Below the pieces are notes generated by a model. The model saw only the letters and a list, made by a program, of their open reading frames with translations. It ran no database searches and was not told the origin of the DNA. DNA of 64,000 nucleotides from assembly GCF_004010195.1 (NCBI RefSeq), contig NC_057721.1:44657240-44721239 (forward strand), written 5' to 3'. The position numbers and the translations under genes were made by a program. Source of the stretch: Chiloscyllium plagiosum. Its lineage: Eukaryota. The stretch's first letter is position 1, and every line of letters begins with the position of its first letter. Of this stretch, positions 28,201 through 39,746 are shown in pieces.

Positions 28201-31200
28201 TGTTATGATCTCCGCTGATAATAGTATTTGACAAATCAGATTTCATAATGATACCTGGTTTTATAGAGGATATTTTTTGTTTACAGTTTTGTTACTATAG
28301 TGGTCACTAACTGAACATTATTTGCATAATGTTGACAATCTACTTTCAATAAAATAATTTTTATTTCATAAAAGAAAGAAAGACCATTTAGAAACATATT
28401 ATCATGAGCAGCTTAAAAAAATGTTTTATTTCCCAGAAATATCTTTAACAATCAACTCCAGTGGAGTATCATTCGTACCTTCACTTTCAAATTTCTCACT
28501 TAACTTATGAGGTTGTAACTGTTTCCTTTTGGTGACTTTCTGCACATTAACCAGATATGATTCTCTTCTTTACTATTTTCCCTGAGATATAGACAGGCTA
28601 CCTCACTGGTCTTTCTGACTTTGATTGTTTGAGGCTGCTAAATCAACTTAAGACTTATTTCTAGCTCTGATGGCCTGAAGCCTTCCAAAACTAAACTGCT
28701 GTTCAGGGATATTACTATTCTGCTCAACAGAAACCTGAATATGTCTGTCTTTCCCATTTGTCTTTCTGCACGTCAGACATTCAACTTTATAAGCATTTAT
28801 CAAATAACTCCCCATGTAGCTTAAGTCTCATGCTTTACTGCAAATGAGTTCAAAAATGATGCTGTGACCCCTTTACAAAACAAAAATGTCACCATCATTG
28901 TACTAAAATCAAAACCCCACCCACCTCTATTTTTATCCTTTGGGAATTCTGGTTGTAATAACATTATGTACCTTTTATCACATTGTCAATGTGGCTCATT
29001 GTCACTTGATAGAAATGACTTACTTTTATACACACAGACTTGCATCTTTTTTGAATATGAGGATGGCAGGTTATAAAACCTATAGTTTCCCGATGGTTGA
29101 TTGTTCAAGGTGCCATGGAGAAAGGAGAGTCAACTTGCCAACCAATCAACACACAGTTCGTCTACAATATAACTTCTTGTGGTTCTTTGAAATTTAGCAT
29201 TTTTGCATTGTTCCAGATGAGTGGAAGGCAAAAGATCTTTGGCAACATTACTTTTTTTTTCTCAGCAATAAGAGTGTAATGTATTTTCACTCTGACAACG
29301 GGAATTCTACTGATCTAAGCAAATATACTTGCGTCAATCGCAGATTAATTCTGAAGATCCGTCATTCAAACTTGACTTTTTTCCAGTAATATGTCATTTA
29401 TAACATTTAATTATTTTGGGAGTGGCTTCTTTCTAATTTAGTTTTTCTCTCTTAGGTCATATTGGTCTCTTTGTGTGCTGGGGGTGTGGGCTTGAATCTC
29501 ATTGGAGGAAATCACCTCTTCCTGTTGGATATGCACTGGTAAGATGTACTGCAAGTAGTTACTCACTAAAATAAAATGTCTATTGCAAGAACACCTATTC
29601 CTTGTTGTTCTGTGCATGTCAATAGTTTTGTGCTGCAGGGGTGGCCTCCTGGTAATGTCACTGGACAAGTATTCCAATCTATTGCTAATGCTCAAGAGGA
29701 CATTGGTTCAAATCCTGCCATGAAATTTAAATTCAATTAATCTTAAATCTGAATATAAAGCTAATGGTGCCTGAAATGTTCATTGTTTGCTGTAAAAACC
29801 CATTGGTTCACCTAATGTCTGTTTAGCAAAATAAATCTGCTATCCTTTCCTAGTCTGGTCCATATCTGACACTGGACCCACAATAACATGGTTGACTCTT
29901 GCTTGCTATGTAAAATGGTCTAGTCAGTTACTTTAGTTCAAGGTCAATTTGAGGAATGGCAACAACAGCTGACCATGCTAGCTATACCCAGGTTCCATGA
30001 AAATGTAAAAGGAAACATTCCATCTGACTACAAATATTTTTAATTATCAACATATTTTAATAACTCAGCACTTATTATTGCAAGCTTTCAATTATAGCAT
30101 TAATTGTAGATATCCTTGTATCTAAATGACCACATATTTGCATATCACATTTCAATGTCATTAACATCCTTAATCAATGCTTTCTTTTACCAAGTGCTTT
30201 GTGAAGATGTGACGTTTGGAACTGATGTTTTCCTTCATTCATAATAACACACTTTTTCTTGAATAATTGAGAATTTTCTTATTTATTTCATTTATGATAT
30301 TAATTCCCACCTTCCTTGTAAATTCTTCTGTATAATCGGATTCCACTTGCACCTGTTTTGTTCACTGCCTCCTTAGATTTGAAGGTACATAGTAACCTAA
30401 TCCTGGGCCTCAATCGGTACCAATCTGATCACAACATAATTCTTATCAATTTTCCTGAGCTTATTTTAAATATGTTGTCCCTGATGCTTGGTAATGAAAC
30501 CATCTCTGATCAGCACTTTACCATCGTGCACCCTCTCTCTAATTTCAATAAATCTTCTTCATATAATAATGTGGATTCATTGTAAGATTGATGGAATGCT
30601 GTATGCATTCGGTGTATTTTATATTTTTTTTAACCAAACTCCATTGCACTTTGTTTCTTCTATAGTAAAATTTGCATTTTTGCAGGAGGTCTTTGCAAAG
30701 TGGCTACTTTGCAAAAAGTCTTTAAATCTAAAGCTACATTAATTTTAGAAAAGGTTATGTTCATTAATTAAAGATCGATTAAAATTAATTAAAGAAGGAA
30801 GCATATGTCAGGTATAGACAGGATAGATCGAGTGACTCCTTAGAGTATAAAGAAAGTAGGAGTATACTTAAGAGGGAAATCAGGAGGGCAAAATGGGGAC
30901 TTGAGATAGCTTTGGCAAATAGAATTAAAGAGAATCCAAAGGGTTTTTACAAATATATTAAGGATAAAGGGGTAACTAGGGAGAGAATAGGGCCTCTCAA
31001 AGATCAGCAAGGCGGCCTTTGTGTGGAGCCACAGAAAATGGGGGAGATATTAAATGAATATTTTGCATCAGTATTTACTGTGGAAAAGGATATGGAAGGT
31101 ATAGACTGTAGGGAAATAGATGGTGACATCTTGCAAAATGTCCAGATTACAGAGGAGGAAGTGCTGGATGCCTGAAAACGGTTAAAGGTGGATAAATCCC

Positions 31201-34200
31201 CAGGACCTGATCAGGTGTACCCAAGAACTCTGGGAAGGTAGAGAAGTGATTGCTGGGCCTCTTGCTGAGATATTTGTATCATCGATAGTCACAGGTGAGG
31301 TGCCGGAAGACTGGAGGTTGGCAAACATGGTGCCCTGTTTAAGAAGGGCGGTTAAGACAAGCCAGGGAACTATAGACCGGTGAGCCTGACCTCGGTGGTG
31401 GGCAAGTTGTTGGAGGGAAATCTGAGGGACAGGATGTACATGTATTTGGAAAGACAAGGACTTATTCGGGATAGTCAACATGGCTTTGTGCGTGGGAAAT
31501 CATGTCTCTCAAACTTGTTTGAGTTTTTTGAAGTAATAAAGAAGATTGATGAGGGCAGAGCAGTAGATGTAGTTTATATGGACTTCAGTAACGCGTTCAA
31601 CAAGGTTCCCCATGCGAGACTGATCAGCAAGGTTAAATCTCATGGGAATACAGGGAGAACTAGCCAGGTAGAAGACAGAGGGTGGTGGTGGAGGGTTGTT
31701 TTTCAGACTGGAGGCCTGTGACCAGTGGAGTGCCACAAGGATCAGTGCTGGGCCCCCTACTTTTTGTCATTTACATAAATGATTTGGATGCAAGCATAAG
31801 AGGTACAGTTAGTAAGTTTGCAGATGACACCAAAATTGGAAGTGTAGTGGACAGTGAAGAGGGTTACCTCAGATTACAACGGCATCTGGACCAGATGGGC
31901 CAGTGGGCTGAGGAGTGGCAGATGGAGTTTAATTCAAATAAATGCGAGGTGCTGCATTTTGGGAAAGCAAATCTTAGCAGGACTTCTACACTTAATGGTA
32001 AGGTTCTAGGGAGTGTTGCTGAACAAAGAGACCTTGGAGTGCAGGTTCATACCTCCTTGAAAGTGGAGTCGCAGGTAGATAGGATAGTGAAGAAGGCATT
32101 TGGTATGCTTTCCTTTATTGGTCAGAATATTGAGTACAGGAGATGGGAGGACATGTTGCGGCTATACAGGACATTGGTTAGGCCACTGTTGGAATATTGC
32201 GTGCAGTTCTAGTCTCCTTCCTATCGGAAAGATGTTGTGAAACTTGAAAGGGTTCAGAAAAGATTTACAAGGATGTTGCCAGGGTTGGAGGATTTGAGCT
32301 ACAGGGAGAGGCTGAACAGGCTGGGGCTGTTTTCCCTGGAGCGTCGGAGGCTGAGGGGTGACCTTATGGAGGTTTACAAAATTGAGGGGCATGGATAGGA
32401 TAAATAGACAAAGTCTTTTCCCTGGGGTCGGGGAGTCCAGAACTAGAGGGCATAGGTTTAGGGTGAGAGGGGAAAGATATCAAAGAGACCCAAGGAGCAA
32501 CCTTTTCACGCAGAGGGTGGTACGTGTATGGAATGATCTACCAGAAGATGTGGTGGAGGCTGGTACAATTGCAACATTTAAGAGGCATTTGGATGGGTAT
32601 ATGAATAGGAAGGGTTTGGAGGGATATTGGCTGGGTGCTGGCAGGTGGGACTAGATTGGGTTGGGATATCTGGTCGGCATGGACGGGTTGGACCGAAGGG
32701 TCTGTTTTCATGCTGTACATCTCTATGACTCTATGACTGTATATTTTGACAGATGAGGTTGATATTCACTCAACTGTGTTTACAGGAACCCAGCATTGGA
32801 GGAACAGGCATCTGATCGAATTTATCGTGTGGGGCAACTCAAGAATGTAACTGTGCATAGGTAATGAAAGTTGTCAAGCTAAAGATGCAGTGTTCCTTTT
32901 GCGTGAAAATGAGTGGAAGAATAAATTAAAATAATTCTTGTGCATTTTTGCTTAACTGCATTTGAAAGTCAAAAAGAAAATTAACTTATTCAAAGCTACA
33001 ACTGCTTTTGAAGGACCTACTTGGATTTTAATTCTTCCTATCCTAAGCTGCAAGCAGCATCACCAGTTGGAAGGAAACATCTAACAGCACTAAGACAAAT
33101 TGTAAAGTGTTGTTCAAACATGACTGGCTAAGGATAGAGTTGGGTCCCTAAGGGCCGACCAGGGTAAGCTGCACACTGAAGCAAAAAGTATGGCAAAAGT
33201 ATTAAATAAGTACTTTTGTTTAAGTCTTTACCAATTAAAAAATACTTCTCATGGGTATGTACCTAGCTTGCGCCCTATTCATCTTTTTGAAAGTCTCCCA
33301 TTTTTCACCCACTTTTTATTTAATCCATCAAAACATACTTCCAATCAACCTATTCCAATTCAACTTCTGGACTCTTAAAATCTGTCCTTTTTCTTTATGG
33401 GATTTTAACCCTTGACTGATTTTTAAACTTTTCCAACTTTGGTTCTGTCTTTACCGAATTTGAAAATGTTGACAATGGTAATTGAAAATGTGGGTGTTGA
33501 GCAACTGAGCAGTGTAGTGATAGATAAAGAGATGCTTAAAAAAAAAATTGTAGGCAGCACTCCAGATAGAAAAGTCACCAGGCCCAGATGAGATACATCT
33601 AGATTACTGAGAGGGATAATCGTGAAAATTGTGGAGCCATTGACAGAAATTTTCCAGGCCTCTCTGAGTACAGGATTAGTTTCAGGGTACTGGAGAATTG
33701 TAAATGTAGTGTTGTTGTTTAAGAAAGGGGCAAAGGATAACCTTGGAAACTACAGACCTGTCAGCTTGACATCAATAGTGGGAAAACTGATGGAAGCCAT
33801 AATATGGGATATGGTAAATATCCATTTCAGAGACAAATAAGTTAATACTGTATGCAGTCAACTTTGTCAAGAGCAGGTCACGTCTGACAAATTTAATTGA
33901 GCTTTTTGAGGTGACACAGGTAGGGGACGAGGATAGTGCTGTAGATATTGTATATGTAGACTCTTAGAAAGCATTCAATACGTTGTCACATGCCAGATTG
34001 TTTAGCAATTACTATTATGTGGGATTGATGGGTCCTTGGCATCACGAATTAAAAGCTAACTAAAAGAAAGGAAACAGAGTAGGTATAAATGGGCATTTCA
34101 CAGACTGGAGACAAGTTGAAAGTGGTGTTCCCAGAAATTGCTTTTTCTGATTTTTATATAACTGGAGATGGATTGAGGATAAAATGCCTAAATTTATGGA

Positions 34201-37200
34201 TGATACTAAGCTAGAGAGAAAAGTGAATTGTGAGAATGATGCTGAGTGACTTCAGATGGACCTTGACAATTGGCCAAATGGACAGACACCTGGCAGAGGA
34301 ATTTCAATGCAGAGAAATCGGAGATAATGCATTTCAGTAGAAGAAACATGCAAAGACTATACAGGCTCTATGGTACAACTTTAAGGGGAGCACAGGAACC
34401 TTAGGGTTCTCATGCATAAATTTCTGAAGGTGGCCAGGCAAGTTGAAGCAGTTGTTAAGAAGTTTATAGGATCCTTGGGTTTATAAATAGAGAGATAATA
34501 GCTGACTTTGATTTTTAAATTTAGAATACTAAGCCAAGTAAATTAAGTGTGGGATGAAAAGCAACTGAGAGGAAATTTAGCTCTAGTCATGTGTTGAAAG
34601 TTTTTCAGTGCATTGGATAGTTTTCCAAAGCAAGGCGACAGGCCAAATTTATATACTGATGCACACAGCTGAGATAAGTATCCCTTTACTATTAGATTGT
34701 TAATAAGTGATTNNNNNNNNNNNNNNNNNNNNNNNNNNNNNNNNNNNNNNNNNNNNNNNNNNNNNNNNNNNNNNNNNNNNNNNNNNNNNNNNNNNNNNNN
34801 NNNNNNNNNNNNNNNNNNNNNNNNNNNNNNNNNNNNNNNNNNNNNNNNNNNNNNNNNNNNNNNNNNNNNNNNNNNNNNNNNNNNNNNNNNNNNNNNNNNN
34901 NNNNNNNNNNNNNNNNNNNNNNNNNNNNNNNNNNNNNNNNNNNNNNNNNNNNNNNNNNNNNNNNNNNNNNNNNNNNNNNNNNNNNNNNNNNNNNNNNNNN
35001 NNNNNNNNNNNNNNNNNNNNNNNNNNNNNNNNNNNNNNNNNNNNNNNNNNNNNNNNNNNNNNNNNNNNNNNNNNNNNNNNNNNNNNNNNNNNNNNNNNNN
35101 NNNNNNNNNNNNNNNNNNNNNNNNNNNNNNNNNNNNNNNNNNNNNNNNNNNNNNNNNNNNNNNNNNNNNNNNNNNNNNNNNNNNNNNNNNNNNNNNNNNN
35201 NNNNNNNNNNNNAAGGCTGGTGTCTGTTTCCAAACCTTTATTAACATGATCAATTTAAAAGTCTTCAGCAGTCCTTCATAGAATTAAACAAGGAGTATTA
35301 TTTACTCTCTCACACACACTTGCCCAGAAAATCTCTTCACTACATCAAAAATACAATAAGCCCTGAAGAAATGTACACTGAAAGGAAGGAGCAAATGTCT
35401 ACTAAACTTTTAAGTCCTGTGAACAAGGTTTCTTTCCCACTCAGCAGTTGATGCTCAGGTGGCCAAGTTCTGAATCCAGGTGAATTTGTCATCATTCAAA
35501 GTAAGGGACTGTTCAGCAGGCCATGCAATCAGCCCTGATAGCTCCTGTAGCTAGGTGTCCAATTTCTTTGCAGGTAAGCTGCATTTGTTTTGAATAGGTT
35601 CTCGGAGTCTTTCCAAAAACAACTCAAAACCTCATTTCTTGAAAAGGCCACACCTCTCCACTTTTCTCTTCAGTTGCAACCTTGTTGATTTCTAGTTTGC
35701 GGACTGCCTCAAAGCAGGCAGGAGTTTGTAATAAAAAATTTCAAACTTTGAGTAGTTTGATTACTGGTGAATGTCCATTGACACAGAATCATAGGTAATT
35801 TTGATCTTTCACAATAACAAAGTAGTTTAAATTGAATCCAAAAAAAAATTGACATGCAATAGAAGGTAGGGGTTTTTAGCACTGCATTACAGGTAACCAG
35901 TCTTGAACGCATCCTAAAGCTGCAGAGTCTTGGAGTTTATTGTCCCTGTGTTCTGGAGTAAACCTTAACGATAGGAGTGGAATTCCACTTAGCCATGGCC
36001 ATTCCAGATAAACTTTAGAAATTTCCAAAAGCTTGAATAGTCCTACAATTGGAAAGAAAGATGATAATTTGACAGTCAGTTTATAGCCTCTCCTAGTCAG
36101 TTTTAAAGCAGATTACAGACTTGCATGGGGATCACATTATCTAGAGGCCTAGAATATAATGAGAATAGGTTTCACTACATCTGTCCAAGCCTTGGTTAGA
36201 CCACATCAAGAGCATGATGTAAAGTTCAGGGTACCACATGTTGATAAATGCCTTGGAAGAAGTGCTGTGCACATTTATCGGGACTGAGGATGTTAAATTA
36301 TGAGGAATGTTTGCATGTGCTTGATTTATATTCTTGGAAAATGCATTTTTGTAAGATAATGTGATTTGAGGAGTTCAGGATTTCGAGCGGGATTAATACA
36401 GTAATGGAGAGAGATAAGTTCTGCTGGTTGGAAAGTGTGAAGACATGGGAAGACAACCTTCAAACTGAAGGCCTTTCAGGAGACGACACATCACCCAATG
36501 GCTGATGGAGTTGTGGAATTCTCTCTCAAATGCTATCATATTTATTTAATTTTAAAACTCAGATCAATAGACCTTTCTCAGTGAAGGAAATGTGGGATAT
36601 GGAGCCAAGGCAAATAAACAGAATAGGACATAGATCCGCTATGAACTCATTACAGGACATTGAGCTCATCAGCTGAATAATGTGTTACTGTTATTTCACA
36701 AATCATTTCCTTTAAAAATTGGAATATCAAATACATTACTGATCAATTTGAGCCAAAGCCATATGTCACTTCAGTACTTGCATTCTCTATTATTTGTATT
36801 TATAAAGTTAATTTGAGTTCATGTACAAGAGATCCTACATCAGGGTCTCAGGCTTTATTGAAAAGAACAGAGACTATGTTCCGCAATGAGCTGAAAATCT
36901 GCTATCATTGGAAATATAGCATTCTATCTGGGTCAGACTGTCCTTGAATCATTGTCAATTCACACTCTTCTCAGGTGGATCAAGTCAAATTGTGACTGAA
37001 GTTAGAACTTGGTTTTCATCAATTTGTTGTAAATAACCAAATGCAATGAGGTTTTGTAGCAAATTGGACATTGCTATGAAAGATGTTTTTCAAAACAAAA
37101 TGTTTTACTAAAGAAAGATTGTTTCTCTAGGTTTATCTGTGAGGGTACTATTGAGGAGAAGATCTTTGAGCTTCAGGAGAAGAAAAAGGATCTAGCAAAA

Positions 37201-37275
37201 AAGGTTTTAACCGGAACTGGAGGATCATTTACTAAACTTACACTGGCTGATCTGCGAATTCTGTTTGGTGTCTGA
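1108..37275 (+). CDS. TTF2: TTF2 (transcription termination factor 2, SNF2-family ATPase), 3' part: 17 coding exons, 5' exons outside window
   Basis: Exons joined by hand total 2138 nt in one frame with consistent phases. SF2/SNF2 motifs appear in order: ADDMGLGKT (I), IICPASL (Ia), ILDEAH (II), TGTPIQN (III), [10 protein letters not shown] (IV), AGGVGLNL (V), [11 protein letters not shown] (VI). There is no RING insertion between the lobes (unlike HLTF/Rad5). The C-terminus [12 protein letters not shown] is as I recall for vertebrate TTF2. Confidence 0.95.
1775..1932 (+). CDS. TTF2: TTF2 exon ([13 protein letters not shown]...EDPPYLK)
   Basis: tttcag acceptor, AAG|gtaatt donor; LHRSLESCP...AEDP motif. 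Confidence 0.92.
2833..3648 (+). mobile_element. Probable solo LTR
   Basis: TG-start, internal AATAAA near 3472, ends ...gaatcataac; no TSD confirmed and boundaries approximate. Confidence 0.4.
4818..6670. mobile_element. Penelope-like element with inverted 3' ends (RT + GIY-YIG on -, GIY-YIG + terminal repeat on +)
   Basis: Minus-strand RT motifs ([21 protein letters not shown]); plus-strand NVVYKIP...[16 protein letters not shown]; arms about 4818-5390 and 6065-6625 are inverted homologues. Confidence 0.9.
6755..6880 (+). mobile_element. Short Penelope-derived terminal fragment with hammerhead motif
   Basis: ctgagga-tgtcacc-tagaca-ggggac-gaaa-tgtc at 6805-6838; direct repeat ttcatttgctat at 6743-6754 and 6881-6892. 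Confidence 0.75.
7214..7295 (+). CDS. TTF2: TTF2 exon ([27 protein letters not shown])
   Basis: tatag acceptor, G|gtaag donor; Q-motif region of the SNF2 ATPase. Confidence 0.95.
7707..7820 (+). CDS. TTF2: TTF2 exon (Walker A, DDMGLGKT)
   Basis: ttttag acceptor, G|gtacaa donor. Confidence 0.95.
7997..8343. mobile_element. Tc1/mariner-type MITE
   Basis: Imperfect TIRs caggtagacgatcctttat / ataaaggattgtgcacctg, with TA at both ends. Confidence 0.8.
8470..8760 (-). mobile_element. Old LINE 3' fragment (shares tail with DeuSINE-type SINEs)
   Basis: Reverse complement resembles the tail of the SINE at 27088-27456 and the LINE at 61436-62335. Confidence 0.55.
8907..9057 (+). CDS. TTF2: TTF2 exon (motif Ia, [13 protein letters not shown])
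   Basis: ctacag acceptor, GC|gtgagt donor. Confidence 0.95.
9290..9800 (-). mobile_element. Degenerate CR1 LINE 3' fragment
   Basis: Similar to the reverse complement of the CR1 3' ends elsewhere in the window. Confidence 0.7.
10256..10358 (+). CDS. TTF2: TTF2 exon ([17 protein letters not shown])
   Basis: ttacag acceptor, AAC|gtaagt donor. Confidence 0.95.
10790..10989 (+). CDS. TTF2: TTF2 exon (DEAH box, TGTPIQN)
   Basis: tttcag acceptor, AA|gtaaga donor. Confidence 0.96.
11261..11414 (+). CDS. TTF2: TTF2 exon ([14 protein letters not shown]...[17 protein letters not shown])
   Basis: tctcag acceptor, CTG|gtagct donor. Confidence 0.95.
12875..12966 (+). CDS. TTF2: TTF2 exon (VVLPQK...YNVLFARS)
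   Basis: ccgcag acceptor, AG|gtatgt donor. Confidence 0.94.
13908..14430. mobile_element. Penelope-like element, inverted (hairpin) terminal repeats
   Basis: Same family as 4818-6670; minus arm 13908-14210, plus arm about 14222-14430; flanking direct repeat tgtactgca. Confidence 0.85.
15345..15433 (+). CDS. TTF2: TTF2 exon ([11 protein letters not shown]...)
   Basis: ccacag acceptor, G|gtaaaa donor. Confidence 0.92.
16650..16912 (-). mobile_element. HE1-type SINE, 5'-truncated
   Basis: Reverse complement matches the body of the SINE at 59101. Confidence 0.8.
17123..17265 (+). CDS. TTF2: TTF2 exon (AREFG...[21 protein letters not shown])
   Basis: atttag acceptor (tandem TAGTAG), ACG|gtaaga donor; LRLRQxCCH motif. 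Confidence 0.94.
17844..18014 (+). CDS. TTF2: TTF2 exon ([20 protein letters not shown]...STK)
   Basis: ttatag acceptor, AAG|gtatat donor. Confidence 0.94.
18131..18653 (+). mobile_element. Penelope-like 3' end with short 5' inversion
   Basis: 21-bp inverted repeat gtgaagtccacattgatgccc / gggcatcaatgtggacttcac; C-rich tract; hammerhead-like ctgatga...(a)aaa at 18524. Confidence 0.8.
18682..19175 (-). mobile_element. CR1 LINE 3' fragment
   Basis: [23 protein letters not shown]; (catagagt)n tail. Confidence 0.9.
19630..20400 (-). mobile_element. Highly degenerate LINE-like fragment
   Basis: Purine-biased decayed coding-like sequence; family not determined. Confidence 0.35.
20775..22569 (+). 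mobile_element. CR1 LINE, 5'-truncated RT, nested in an older minus-strand CR1 (about 20545-20770 and 22570-22930)
   Basis: [24 protein letters not shown]; many frameshifts; ctctatgactctat tail. Confidence 0.93.
22982..23040 (+). CDS. TTF2: TTF2 exon ([19 protein letters not shown])
   Basis: tggcag acceptor, TG|gtatga donor; phases link both neighbours. Confidence 0.92.
23470..24190 (+). mobile_element. Penelope-like GIY-YIG/3' fragment
   Basis: FTC...[15 protein letters not shown] and [11 protein letters not shown] motifs; decayed hammerhead near 24136. Confidence 0.85.
24703..24871. mobile_element. Short hairpin Penelope-derived element
   Basis: About 45-bp inverted arms around a partial hammerhead; direct repeat tctggtaaga(c/t)tat at 24689-24702 and 24872-24885. 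Confidence 0.8.
25335..25570 (-). mobile_element. Penelope-like terminal fragment
   Basis: gaaaagcacag..ggtcaggcagca motif shared with the other copies. Confidence 0.7.
26329..26482 (+). CDS. TTF2: TTF2 exon (motif [12 protein letters not shown]...DGSV...FN)
   Basis: tgtcag acceptor, CAG|gtacca donor. Confidence 0.95.
27088..27456 (+). mobile_element. tRNA-derived DeuSINE-type SINE (SacSINE1-like)
   Basis: A/B-box-like head, conserved core (cccatctg.ttcac.aatg.ccttta..gaagaaaatctg), tail ggatgggcaataaatgctggcc. Confidence 0.75.
29456..29538 (+). CDS. TTF2: TTF2 exon (motif [24 protein letters not shown])
   Basis: tcttag acceptor, TG|gtaaga donor. Confidence 0.96.
29638..30010 (+). mobile_element. 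DeuSINE-type SINE, second copy
   Basis: Colinear similarity with 27088-27456; B box ggttcaaatcc. Confidence 0.7.
30790..32738 (+). mobile_element. CR1 LINE, 5'-truncated, relatively young
   Basis: [22 protein letters not shown]...KFADDTK; few frameshifts; (ctatgact)n tail. Confidence 0.95.
32786..32860 (+). CDS. TTF2: TTF2 exon (motif [19 protein letters not shown])
   Basis: ttacag acceptor, AG|gtaatg donor. Confidence 0.96.
33110..34500 (+). mobile_element. Older CR1 LINE RT fragments
   Basis: [25 protein letters not shown]. Confidence 0.85.
34713..35212. other. Assembly gap (500 N) in the last TTF2 intron
   Basis: N run; flanking exons are phase-compatible, so no coding exon needs to be missing. 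Confidence 1.
36120..36690 (+). mobile_element. Degenerate CR1 3' fragment
   Basis: gccttggttagaccaca (LVRPH) and decayed 3' end. Confidence 0.6.
37131..37275 (+). CDS. TTF2: TTF2 last coding exon ([11 protein letters not shown]...[12 protein letters not shown])
   Basis: ctctag acceptor, TGA at 37273-37275. Confidence 0.96.
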
Positions 37276-37560
37276 GCTTCAAAGAAAAACAACCTTACCA
37301 TAAAATTATATTCTAACAAATTATAGTCAAAACTCAATGTGTCTGTACATTTGAGAATTTGAGGCATTTCTGTATTTTGGAAACATTTTTGTGTCAAGCA
37401 TAATATGAATATTGTGCAATTATGGTGCAAGTTATAAATCCTTTAGTGTACATGTTTATGTTTGGTATATCACTTTTTCTGTTGAAAAAAAATGAAACAC
37501 AAAGTTGCATCTTCCCAATCCCTGGAGAAAAGTACTTGTTATATGATTTCATCGTTTAAA

Positions 37561-37566
37561 AATAAA
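37561..37566 (+). terminator. Candidate TTF2 polyadenylation signal AATAAA
   Basis: First AATAAA I found after the stop, about 290 nt downstream, followed by T-rich sequence. Confidence 0.55.
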
Positions 37567-39746
37567 ATGCTACTTTATTTTCGTTAATGATGGGAAAGTG
37601 TTCCCAATGCAAATGATTTTTATTTTACATATGATTTCATTTGTTCAGAATGGGTGCTTAACTTGAACTTACCATTCTTTAAAAACTGAATGTGAGATGG
37701 CAAGTTAATCATTAAAATAAATTTGACTTCTTTTGCAAAATACTTTGGACAAGACTTTGGGATATGTATTGTTTTTTCAACAATTAATCCATTTCATCCT
37801 TACCATAGCTTTTCACCTGCAATTCTTTAACCTGTCATGGATTTAACAAACAATGTAAACATAGCACTTTTACTGTAATGAAATAGCATAGTAAAACAAA
37901 GTGTGACACCCAGTTCATGTAAGCAGGAACTGTGTCAGATCATCAAAATCTAGTTCAGAAATATGTTTTAAGCTGACTTTTAATGTAGGAAAGCAAGGTG
38001 AAGTATAGGAAAGCAATTTCAGTTTTTGTGGCTTAGACAATTGAAGATGTGGCTACCAAGAGTGGAATATTACTGATTGGTCATGCAGTTCAGACCAGGA
38101 TTAGTGGAGAGCAGATCAGAGTTGTGGGCTGGATGAGATTACAAAGATATGGAAAGGAATGGTCTTGGAGGACTTGAAAACTACGGTAAAAACTTGACAA
38201 TCAAGGTGCCATCTGACTGAGAAGCAATTGAAGTCAGCAAGAACTCCGGCATGGATAGCAGAGTTTTAAATGACTGCAAGTTCAAGGGGGAATCAAAGAT
38301 GGGAGATCACCCAGGAGTAGTCAGGTCTAGAGGTAGCACAGACATGGTTGAGGGTTTCAGGAGAAAAAGAACTGAGACAGGTATATTAATGGAGATAATA
38401 AAAGATGACACAAATGAGGTTGAAAGATCACCTGTGATTTCAGTGTTGTACAATTTATGAAATTGTTTCCCTGTGAGTTAATGTACTGTTTCTGAGATGT
38501 GTTTAATGCCAGCTCCAATTGCAATGGGTATCCCCATTGATGATAGAAGGGCTTCTTATGAAATGAGTTCAGATAGGCTTGACACATTGGTCAATAAGTC
38601 TGTTGCCCAAAACAGCCAACAATTCAACAGAAGTTGGCATTAAATGTTCAGTCTTGTTGGATAGCTGACCAGTTAATTGTAGGATGCTATCATAGGCAAT
38701 CACTAAAATGTAAATCCAATTTTTTTTTGATGCAAACCCATTTGATGAGGGGATCTTGATTTATCTTCTAATTGTAAATGTTGGTAATTCTTGCACTAAA
38801 GAACTAAACCAAACAATTACTGTACGTAAATTCTTATGTCGAGTATTATTATTCATGTAAAATCCAGAAAGATTTTAACTGTTGAAAATCTTTGAATTGT
38901 TTAAATTAGTGCTTTTCAAAGTGTTGTGTGGAAGATCCCTTCCAAATCTAACACTCCAAAGCACCATCAGTCTTTGGTTTTCCTAATGTAATCCAAGACC
39001 CAAACACATTGTCCTGCTTAAACTTTTCAATTAGTATTTAGCAAAATGAATATCCACCAATACACAAGAAAGCTGGTGTGCTTGTGCAAACCTAAATTTT
39101 AAAAATAATTTTGGTTGAGCTCAAATCCATTGGAATACAACTTTTTTTTTCCATCTAGAAAGGTGTTGTGCTTTAATGGCTGATATTGTGTAAGCAATTG
39201 AGGTCATCTGTTTCTTTAATTCTCCAATACCTCCATTTCCTGAAAGTTGTCACTTATCTGTGCTTGCAGGTGAAAATTATTTTACCTGTTGGCAATACAT
39301 AGAGGTTATACATAAACTAATGCAGGAGCTCCAGTATTTAATAGATTGAGGAAAGTGAAGTCTGAGACCAATTTGAGTTTATAAGGTACTGTATGAAATT
39401 ATCATAAATCATTAGCAACAAAACTAGTAAGAAAAGTCAAAGACAGAAGAAAATTGCTAGAAAATTTCAGCATCTGATCTGAGGAGGAATCACTTGACTT
39501 GAAACATTAATTGTGACGTCTGTCCACATTTGCTGCCAGACCTGCTGAGCTTTTCCAGCAATTTCCACTTTCATCTGATTTACAGCATCTGCAGTTTCAG
39601 TTTTTATGAAATCAGAAAAGTCAATTTGTATCATTTATGCAAATCTCCTGATTTCAATGGGACTGGATTCCACAAGAACTTTTGAGGAATAAAACAAAAT
39701 AATGCAAATTTATATCTCAAAACAAAGCTAAACTTTAACAACTTAC

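Noticed and set aside
34543-35281. Long ORFs in the track spanning this gap (and 49828-50310)
   Set aside because: Artefacts of translating N runs.
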